Part shown: positions 54,760 through 64,000 of the stretch, one piece after another
How positions within the stretch are numbered: the stretch's first letter is position 1
Layout of the letters: each line of letters opens with the position of its first letter
Origin: Eledone cirrhosa
Taxonomy: Eukaryota
DNA length: 64,000 nt
NCBI GenBank assembly: GCA_964016885.1
Contig: OZ024740.1
Span: forward strand, 168,206,001-168,270,000
Direction of reading: 5' to 3'
Program-made: the position numbers and the translations under genes
The notes under the pieces: generated by a model
Database searches by the model: none
What the model saw: only the letters and a program-made list of their open reading frames with translations
Told to the model about the DNA's origin: nothing

Positions 54760-55225
54760 AGGGCTTCACGGAGACTTGAACTCGGATCGGTGGATTCAAA
54801 GTCCAGACTCCTAACAATTACACCACGAAACCCGGCTGATATGTCTTAAGCATCTTTAATCATATTTATTTTTTGCATTGCAGATAGGGCGGTGAATTAG
54901 TAGTATCTGGAGAGAGTCGGACAAAATGCTTTGTGGCATATAGTTAAGTCCCATTACGTTCTGAGTTCAAATGCCGCCGAGGTAAGCTTTGCCTTTTATC
55001 CTTACGCGATCGATAAAACAAATCATCAGTAGTTACCAATTTTTGTTCTAACAGTTTAGGATTTATTTTGATTGTGATATAGGATTATATTTCTTTCAAT
55101 TCTGGAACAATTGATCAGGTAATATTTATATGAACGTTAAAAAGAAAAAATATAGATTTAAAGGTTTCACGGAGACTTGAACTCGGATCGCTGGATTCAG
55201 AGTCCTAACCATTACACCATGAAAA
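54760..55225 (-). pseudogene. Two degenerate tRNA-Gln copies (about 54761-54832 UUG; about 55162-55225 CUG with 7-bp deletion) separated by a SINE fragment
   Basis: Recognisable T arm, anticodon arm and A box remnants. Confidence 0.7.
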
Positions 55226-55270
55226 ACTTTTTAAGAATCCCTAATTATATTTATTATTTGCATTGCAGAT

Positions 55271-55494
55271 AGGGCGGTGAATTAACAGTATCTGAAGAGT
55301 GTCAGACAGAATGCTTTGTGGAATATAGTTATGTCCCTTTACGTTCTGAGTTTAAATGCCGCCGAGGTTAAGCTTTGACTTTCATCCTTACGGCATCAAT
55401 AAAACAAAGTACCAGTAGCACGCTGGGGTCGATTTGATCGACTTTCCCCTCTCTAAAATGTGTTGGTCTGGTGCCTAAATCAGAAACTATTATT
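55271..55494 (+). mobile_element. tRNA-derived SINE
   Basis: agggcggtgaatt..gagtttaaatgccgccgagg..ctttcatcctt..aaagtaccag..ggggtcgat..gtgcctaaatcagaaactattatt. Confidence 0.75.
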
Positions 55495-56964
55495 TGCATT
55501 GCATAACAAAGCTAAAATATATCTATCTTTTGCTGAACTACATATTTCCATAATTTTAGTTTCTCTTTTATGTATCCCCACCGGGAAATTAGTAAAAGTA
55601 TAAGTTATTCATCAGCTTGTAGTATTTTTGTTGAAGTAATCGAAACCGGTACTGTACTGTTAAATTTTCTTATCAACATCGGAAAGATGGAAGGTATAGT
55701 TGAGCTCCGAAGTATTTGAACTCAGAACGCAGGAAGCCGCAACGATTACTGGAAAGCATTCTGTCCGAAGTTGTATCAACTCTGCCAATTCCCTGTCTTC
55801 AGTATTTGTATGAAGGTTAAAAAAGAAAGAAATTTTTCATAGAGCGTTGGATTCAGAACCCAGAATGCTGACCGTTACACATTGTTTCAGAACTTACAGT
55901 TTTTACATCAACAGAATGTCAAGTGGATAGGTAACTGGAATTAATACCACATTATTTTACTACTGATTTATGTATGTTGGGATGTCTTGAGCAATTAAAT
56001 AACATCCCTCTCCTTGTCTGAACACAGCCAATATCTCAAGGGAAAGAAAGAGAGAGGGGGGGGGGTGAGAACGAGATATAGAGATACAAAAGAAGAATCA
56101 ACCCTAGTATTAGAGATATTATAGAAACACTTTAATTGTTAAGGGGATCTCATGCTGTAATATTCACCACTCTGATCTCCGAATCTAGTGATCCGAGATT
56201 CCTTTGTATTCTTATAAAATTATTTCCAGTCTTTCTACAACAAAAAGGAATGTTTAATGTGTATTTGTACTAATGTTGTCGTTGTTGTTACTGTTGTTGT
56301 TGTTGTTGTTCGCGATGTTATGGTATGGGTTAATACTTTTTGAACAGACCTATTATCCAATACTTTGCTCTATACATCCTTTTTTGTTTAAGATTGTAGT
56401 GTGTGATTTTTAGGAAAGTTTTGTTGCTACTTCTAATATGTAGAGCGATAATGTAGATGGTTGACTCATGTGTACGATACGATCTGTGTGCTTGTACCCA
56501 TTTTATTTCCCATATGAAATATGAAGTTTTGAGAAACATTGATTAACTGACGTTGCAATAAGAAAACAATACCTCCGATTAAAGATGTATAAAATTTCAA
56601 AAAAAAACAAGCAATTGAAATAACTTGAATGATATCAGCTAATCCCAATGTTTATGGAAAATGAAGACAATGTATTTAGAGACAAAAGATCTCTTAATAC
56701 CAAGCACTAAATGACCATTTTATGGAAGTCACCAGTGAGAACTCCGATGTCCTTTGTTTCTAGTCTGACATTTTCTTTCACCAAATAGTGACGAGGGAAT
56801 TACCTGAAAAGGAGTGCCTGATGAAGTGTAGCTTGCTAGCTGTTCATCTTACCCGCGGGACGCAGATGAAATATACCGTCCAGTAAATGGTGTGGAATTT
56901 ATCCCAGCAATGTTTACACCATTTTTTTCTTTTTTGTCTGTTTCTTCCATTTTATTTTTCACTT

Positions 56965-57042
56965 TTCTTCTTCTTCTTCTTCTTCTTCTTCTTCTTCTTC
57001 TTCTTCTTCTTCTTCTTCTTCTTCTTCTTCTTCTTCTTCTTC
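56965..57042. repeat. (CTT)n microsatellite, likely the (AAG)n 3' tail of the adjacent LINE
   Basis: Abuts the 3' end of the minus-strand RTE fragment. Confidence 0.85.
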
Positions 57043-57980
57043 CTGAGAAGGTCGTGAGGACAGAGTCCTCAAACACTCTTTAAAGCGGGTCCTGTCAGAA
57101 GCAACTATCTCCAACTGGATCCCCAAGCGAGACCAGCCACCAGTCTACCCCTGGGTTTCCTGCCACTTGGTTTTGCTTGTAAAATCTGTCCAGTGATTCT
57201 GTCCTGAGACATTCTAACCACATACCCATAGTATCGGAGCTGTGATTTATCAATTCGGAGAAGTAGCGTTTTTTAACCGGGAGTGACTCTCTGATCTCTG
57301 AGCTACGCACTCTATCGAGTAACGTTACTCCAAAAACCCTTCGGAGGAACACCATTTTGGGCGTCTGTATTCGCGATCGTATTCTTTCGGCCATTACCCA
57401 AGATTCAGGACCATAAGTAAAGGTTGGCACGAATACCGAATTGAATACAGTGAGTTTGACTTTTACACCTACTTCTGATTACCGAATGCTGAAGTTGTCA
57501 TATTACTGCACCAGCTCCTACAATTCTTGCACTTAATTCAGCCTCCTGCCTTCCATCACTCATGAACATGGTCCTGAGATAATTGTACTTTTCTGCTTGA
57601 TTCAGTGGAACTCCATTCACATCTAGAGTGCACAGCGCATACTTCCTTGAGAGAACGAATGTCTCAGTTTTTGCAGCATTGATTTTCATTCCAGCCATGC
57701 AGCACTCGGCATTTAACCTATCGAGTGCAAGTCGGAGATCACCTTCTGTCGAGTTAAGTAGCATCATGTCGTCTGCAAATTCCAGCCGACTGATTTTACA
57801 CACGCCAGTCATGACACCATTTCCAATCTGGCTGTGCATGTCAATTCTGCTCATGAAAATAATGAACAGATGTGACAGTATGCACCCTGGATGGGGTCCG
57901 ACTCTTATACTCCTACAGAACTTTCCATAGCAGGCCCCGAGGAACACGGTCATATGCCTTTTCAAGGTCTACAAAACAAG
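57043..57980 (-). mobile_element. 5'-truncated, decayed RTE-clade non-LTR retrotransposon (RT and C-terminal region)
   Basis: Minus strand CFVDLEKAYDRVPR, then (after deletion/frameshift) GCILS, FADD, GMKINAAKT, TYGPESW; no CCHC C-terminus; short-repeat tail. Confidence 0.85.
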
Positions 57981-58615
57981 ATTATACCTCTTGGCAATAC
58001 TCCCTCGATTTCTCGAAAACACCTGCCGCATATATAATTAAAATATTCTGAATATTTGAATAAATATTTCTTGACGTCTGGAAAAACTAAAACTTGGGTT
58101 TTCAGGCGCAGGAAGTGATCTTTTATTTTATTTACTTCAAACACAGTTTTGCCTTTCCCCGCCGATAACCTTCACATCTGTCCCCATCGCCTTACCCCTT
58201 ATTTAAATTGACCATCCCCAACCACTATTACCACCAATACTACATCTTAATATTGTTTCCGAACACAAGTAAAATTTGAGCCATTAGAACATTTTCTCAA
58301 ATTCCTATCATTACTATTTCACAACCATGTTTTTTATACACTGTATTTCAATAATTTAATGAAGAATTTGGAGAGATTTACTAAAATTGTTAATTATTTC
58401 ATTATTAAGAGATTTTTTGTGACAAAACCTAAAGGTTGCGATACAAAATTATTTTGAAGAATTCTCTGATGAATCTCTAGGCTTGAGAAAGACTTCGGCT
58501 TTAACTACTTTTCACTTTCAGCCTCTTGCTTTTTCTCATCGATTTCTCTTTCTTTTCTTCCTTCCCATCTCACTTCATTCTTTCCACTACTCCTCTTCTC
58601 CTAGCGTTCCCCTTT

Positions 58616-58616
<1 letters not shown>

Positions 58617-58648
<32 letters not shown>

Positions 58649-58958
58649 TTATGCTCTAAACAGTATACATAGACTGGCATCACAACACTTAGGATACTTC
58701 ATTGATAAAGGTTAGAGAATACACGCTTTCCTGATATACCAAGAAGGTGTTTTCAGAAGATGAATAATTCCATACACATATGTATATACACGGAGAAATA
58801 GACAGAGAGAGGAGGAAACAGACTCTGGGACATACACATGCAGATAGTAAGCAGAAATGTTCAAAGGAAAAGAGAAAATAACTTTTTAGCAATGTCAGAA
58901 TACCTTATAACAATGAAATAGACACAGAATGAGATAAAAGTTTAAATAACTATATGTA

Positions 58959-59044
<86 letters not shown>

Positions 59045-59478
59045 AATGAAGTAATTCCATCGGAAAAGTCCAGGAAAAAAGAGTGCTCTATGTATGCAAC
59101 AGAGCTTAATTATTATTATTATGTAATAAACAACATAAGGCAATTATTCCATTTACCAGTGGTTTCTTAAAAGCAAAAGGTTTTGCTTTCAATCCTCAGA
59201 ATGAAAAATCCTGGTTTGTTTATTGAATATGGATTCTAAAAACAAAAATGCAATCTATATGAAAGTGAGGCTGGAAAAGGGAGAAGGAAAGGAAAAATAA
59301 AATAAAACTACACATGCAGACACACACAAAAAAGCACAAAAGCATACTTACACACACATACATATATACATATATATAAATGTACGCATACACATATACA
59401 CATATATATATATATAAAGCGTACACCTACACACACATACACATATATATACACACATATACACATACATACATTCAT

Positions 59479-59531
<53 letters not shown>

Positions 59532-59558
59532 TACACACACACATATATATACATGTAC

Positions 59559-59589
<31 letters not shown>

Positions 59590-59700
59590 CACATACACAC
59601 ATGTGTGTGTACAAGCATACACATACACACACACATATATATACACATACATACATTCACACAAACATACAACGTACATACATACACATACATGAATGCA
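58617..59700. repeat. Microsatellite field: (CAT)n, (TA)n(TG)n and degenerate (CA/TA)n
   Basis: Directly visible; source of many spurious ORFs. Confidence 0.9.
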
Positions 59701-59760
59701 CTCCACTACATATTCACACACGCAAATAAGTATAAGAAAAAAATATATAAATATATATTA

Positions 59761-60041
59761 ATGGAAAGTTATATTTAAATTGTTGGGTTACAACGAGTAA
59801 ATATTTATAACTGATATAAAAGCACTCAACAAGTATTTGGAGTATATTTACGATATTAAATATATGGAAACTATATTTATAAAACCATATTTATTTCATT
59901 ATATATATTTCAGGGATATCATATTAACAATATGTTATGCCTTCTTCAGACAAAATACAATATAGACAGTTTTATAAATAAATAGATTTGACATACCTTT
60001 CAACATCGACTTGCATTTGAAAAGTTGATTTGGCAGTGAAA
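59761..60041 (-). repeat. 3' pseudo-LTR of PLE
   Basis: Direct repeat of 63506-63786, offset 3745, two mismatches seen. Confidence 0.92.
59885..59965 (-). ncRNA. Type I hammerhead ribozyme motif (3' pLTR)
   Basis: Stem I ctatattgtattttgt / atgaaataaatatgg; core CUGAAGA; stem II AGGcATAaCATATT-gtt-AATATGaTATcCCT; GAAA; palindromic stem III TATATA; AUA cleavage triplet. Confidence 0.8.
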
Positions 60042-60261
60042 ATTGTAAACAGAAAGAAAGAAAGAAGGAAAGAAAGAAAGAAAACGAAGAAAAATAAGAA
60101 ATGCATGCAACTAAATAGAGAGATGGAAAGATAGATAAAGAGAAGAACTTCATGTAAAGAAACAGAGAGAGATATATAGAGAGAGGAAATAGATAGAGAT
60201 AGATATATATAGAGAAAAGTAGGTAGTTGAACATCCGTTGAATGACGTATCAATGATACAT

Positions 60262-60292
<31 letters not shown>

Positions 60293-61254
60293 GCTCTAGT
60301 ATTAATGTAAGGGAGATATATGTGGTTAGGAGAGAAACCAGCCGTTATATATAGAGAAAAAAAATGAAAAGTAACCAGACATAGGCGAGGCAGAATTTAA
60401 AAACCCTATGTTTCAATGTAGAAATATTAGTTCGTATAAAAACAGGCACTATAATGTAAATATCAGTATTCATGAATGAGACACGTATCTATAATGTGTG
60501 AAAAGTAATGATCTTATGTCTAGTTTTAAAAAATTCATATGTTTATATCATAACTACAAACATCGATGTGAATTTACGTGATCAACTCTGCAAACTCCTA
60601 TTTCACACGGAGAACATTCTCATTGTGCTATAAAAATTTAAGTATACATATATATAGAGTCTATATTAATTTTAACAATACTATTCGTCTTTACTCTACA
60701 TGATTATCTATCAAACAGAAATAGAGAACAGATTTCAATATATTAATAAAAATATCAGAAACAAAAACAAAAAATAATAATAAATAAATAAAACAGAAAA
60801 CTAAAAATATTAAATATTAAAAATAAAAATAAAAATATTAAAAATATTAAAAAATATTAAAATAATAAAAATAAAAACATAGTATGCCACGCAAATCGAC
60901 CACAAAGATCAACCCTTCAAAGTTAATTGACAATATATTGCCAAGTTCATTATAAGCATCAGAGTCGAAAACAGATAAAACCAAAAATTATTTACCAAAT
61001 CCTGTCTAGCAGAAATCATTTCAAAAGTTTAGGATACCCATTTGGTCTACATATGTTCTTATATTTAATATAGAAGTTTATCTAGTGTAACATTTATTCG
61101 ATATATTTGGATCATCAACTTTTAGGGTAGTTTAATTTTTCATGAAGAATGTTTAAAATAAAAATTAAAATAAAAATAAAAAGAAGAATAAAAAGAAGAA
61201 ATCGAAAGATTTATCGGCTAGTTTCATAAATAATTACAAATCAAACTAAATATA

Positions 61255-63457
61255 CTACATTTTAAATTTAAATTTATATTTAAAAGTTGAGTTCAATCTA
61301 TGTTTGCAGCAACTGAATAAATTTGTCCCTAGATTAAGGGAATTTTTAGATTTTAGTATAAAGAATATCTCCTCCGCGCAGAGGTCACATGTCTCAGAGG
61401 ATGAATTAAAAGGAATCCCTCTTGAGACTATATTCCAAGCCGTCGAATATCTAACGTTATCATGCCTAAGTTGCCAGAGTACGCCTGATAGTGCTGTTGA
61501 AGATTTTTTGCTTGGATCTGTGAAAGAATTCTTGTGGTTATTATAGCGAAGTTTAAATTCCGTCGATGTGGAACCAACGTAGTTAAAAGAATTAAAGTCC
61601 GTTTTAACATTACAGTTGTATATTATATTTTTAACTAAGCAGTTGTTATTTAACGGACATTTAGATCTATCTCTACAGTTACATTTGTTAACTTGTATAT
61701 TATTTATGCTATTATCGCTAGGTTTTAAGTTCCTATTATTTATTCTATTAATATTTTGTGCTAAATTTTTGGTGGATGAGTAGGTTAATTTTATAGTATG
61801 TCTATTGAAAATTGAGTGATACCTATGTGTTCTAGGGAAGCGATTATCAAGAGCTTTAAAAAATAGTTTAGCGATGTGGGTTTTAATGTTTAGTGAGAAA
61901 GGGGGGGCAAACCATATTATGTTCCTAGTTCTATTTCTTTTTTGGCTTTTGGAATTATTGTAATGCTTTCTATTATAGTTGTTAAGGTTGTGGCCGTAAT
62001 TAAAATAGTTGTTATTTTGTTTAGTTTGTCTATCATTATCTATGTACATAATTTTATCACTATATCCTGCTCTAGCTAACGATTCATTGTAGTACTGGGC
62101 TTTTTCGTCGAAAATCTTTCTATTAGACGAGATTCTAGAGATACGTTTTTGAACAGAGTTTACTATAGTATTTTTGACAGATCTGGGGTGGTTAGAGTTA
62201 AAGCTGACATAGTTTAAGTTTTCATTCAACTTGTGAAATGGATAGTGAAGACATGTGTTGAGATTTAATGTTATATTTAGGAAATTGACTATTCTATGGT
62301 TATTCTCAATTTCTATTTTTAGATTAAAGTAATTAAAAAATTGTGTAATTTGTTTTCTTTTTCTATTTAGTTCAGAGTTATTATTATCAATAAGTAAAAG
62401 CATGTCATCTCTATATAAACCTCCGGTAGTACCAGGTATTTTCCTATGCAGCGAATTGATTAAAAATAAGCCCACAAGGTCAGTTACCTGAGCTGAGTCG
62501 GATGATCCCATAGTAATGTCAAAATTGCTATCTCTATCTGCTCTGGTCCATAGTTGGTCATTAAATTCTATCAATGTTTTCCTAGCCGATAATATAATGT
62601 GCATTTCATTGCTAGTTAGGTCTGTATGTTTGAATGCGTAATTTAGTGCCTTATTTAGTAGATTAGGGGTAATAGAAGAATAATAGTTAGCAATATCAAG
62701 TTGAATAAACTTATTATTATTGTTATATTTAATTTGCTTAAACCACTCAACAACCTCTCCAGTTCCCTTCCACAAGCTCAGGTTAGGTAAACAATCCAAG
62801 TTTTTAATTTGCTGTATCACCCTGTCAAGAATGTTTTTGCTTAATTTACCCAGGTCCGATTTTGATGGTGCGATCAATCTGACTGGCAAGTCATTTTCAA
62901 AATTCCTTTTGTGATCTTTCATATTGATCTTCGGTTTCCTGGGCACGAAAGGTTGTGTTCTGTTCTCAATTTCCAACTCGTGCATTATACAAGATGCTTC
63001 AACATTCATTTTCTCAAGCTCGGCCTTATCTGCTACCTTGTACTTTTTCCTCAGTTCTTTCATTATACATGTCTTTCTGCACTCCATAGAGGTTGTTGGT
63101 CTTGTCAGATTTCACCAAGATCTTCTCAGTTTTCTCTAAGCTCTCAATATTTTCCTTAATGCCTTTCAGATATTCCTGGCCTTTGAAGTTTCTCTTGAAT
63201 TTGACTCCTTGTATGATAGAAATTATATCGTTTTCAAAGTCAGATAAAAGTTTGTTAGGGGGTGGATTTCTTTTAGATTTGAAAACTTTGTTTAAGTCCG
63301 AGACATTTTCATTTATATTAGATTTATCAAAGTGAAATGCTCGCCACCTGATTCTCCTTATAAAAGAGTCAGATTTATCTATTAATTGTTTTATAAAGAC
63401 TTTGTTTCTAGGTAGAGGTATGTCTTTTAAAGAGGAAGTAATCTTAAAGAATTCCAT
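61255..63457 (-). pseudogene. PLE polyprotein (N-terminal domain, reverse transcriptase, GIY-YIG endonuclease) with one frameshift near 63055-63070
   Basis: SLKDIPLP..FIRRIRWRAFHF..KSDKTNNLY; LDIANYYSSI; MGSSDSAQVTDLVG; GLYRDD; CNCR..CPL..CL; IIY..YVG..FKLRY..H; CDLC..E..LN..CCKH. Confidence 0.9.
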
Positions 63458-63505
63458 TTTTTTCAGTTATAATATAAAGCGCTCAACAGTATTGGAGCAA
63501 GATAC

Positions 63506-63786
63506 ATGGAAAGTTATATTTAAATTGTTGGGTTACAACGAGTAAATATTTATAACTGATATAAAAGCACTCAACAAGTATTTGGAGTATATTTACGATA
63601 TTAAATAAATGGAAACTATATTTATAAAACCATATTTATTTCATTATATATATTTCAGGGATATCATATTAACAATATGTTATGCCTTCTTCAGACAAAA
63701 TACAATATAGACAGTTTTATAAATAAATAGATTTGACATACCTTTCAACATCGACTTGCATTTGAATAGTTGATTTGGCAGTGAAA
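63506..63786 (-). repeat. 5' pseudo-LTR of PLE
   Basis: Direct repeat of 59761-60041, immediately upstream of the ORF start at 63457. Confidence 0.92.
63630..63710 (-). ncRNA. Type I hammerhead ribozyme motif (5' pLTR)
   Basis: Identical to the 59885-59965 motif. Confidence 0.8.
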
Positions 63787-64000
63787 TTTTTATTAATATT
63801 TTTATTTAATTTTTATTAATATTTTTATTTAATTTTTATTTAATATATATTATTGATATTTTTATTAATATATTGAAATCTGTTCTCTATTTCTGCTTGA
63901 TAGATAATCATGTAGAGTAAAGACGAATAGTATTGTTAAAATTAATATAGACTCTATATATATGTGTATATATACACATATATGTATACTTAAATTTTTA

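Larger units (their letters stand above)
4000..56205. other. tRNA-Gln gene/pseudogene cluster built by DNA-level duplication of tRNA + flank modules
   Basis: Dozens of tRNA-Gln-derived sequences on both strands. Most are followed by the same T-run and 3' flank (..AACGTTC[A/C]TAT..CCTGATCAATCGTTCCAG..TTAGAACCAAATTGATAAC). Last degenerate copies lie near 55850 and 56145-56205. Confidence 0.93.
59761..64000 (-). mobile_element. Penelope-like retroelement (Naiad-like) with pseudo-LTRs; 5' side runs off the window
   Basis: RT + C-terminal GIY-YIG ORF flanked by 281-bp direct repeats (59761-60041, 63506-63786) and an inverted segment (60631-60757 vs 63854-64000). Confidence 0.9.

Noticed and set aside
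4000-56205. tRNA-Gln-headed SINE family rather than tRNA genes
   Set aside because: Copies are full 72-nt tRNAs followed at once by T-run terminators and share 5' flanks too, with no TSDs. This indicates DNA duplication, not retrotransposition.
56849-57083. Poly-Arg / poly-Leu ORFs
   Set aside because: Translations of the (CTT)n microsatellite at the LINE tail.
60890-60985. SECIS-like ATGAA..TGAT stem in the PLE 3' UTR (some Naiad PLEs encode selenoproteins)
   Set aside because: Helix pairing is weak, no AA at the expected spacing, and the RT/EN ORF has no in-frame TGA. SECISearch3 would settle it.

Overview
AT-rich, microsatellite-laden animal genomic DNA. The SINE type and repeat landscape suggest an octopus or other cephalopod (inference only). 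1-3058 holds the last three coding exons of a spliced gene ending in a SAM domain. About 4.0-56.2 kb is a cluster built entirely from tRNA-Gln genes and their decayed copies: 11 canonical tRNA-Gln(UUG), 3 canonical tRNA-Gln(CUG), 4 near-canonical variants and dozens of pseudogenes. It is organised as two higher-order tandem arrays (A: 1954-bp unit, about 5.6 copies; B: about 3.9-kb unit, about 6 copies) bracketed by inverted copies of the same blocks. Each full array-A unit carries a tRNA-Gln derivative with a CUA (amber) anticodon, intact Pol III boxes and damaged stems. The cluster is invaded by tRNA-SINEs, a hAT-like MITE, a non-autonomous Helitron and an irritans/Hsmar2-like mariner with one in-frame TAG. 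The right end holds an RTE-type LINE fragment and a Penelope-like retroelement (RT + GIY-YIG, Naiad-like, one frameshift). Each of its two 281-bp pseudo-LTRs contains a type I hammerhead ribozyme motif. All coordinates and folds were read by eye, without computation.
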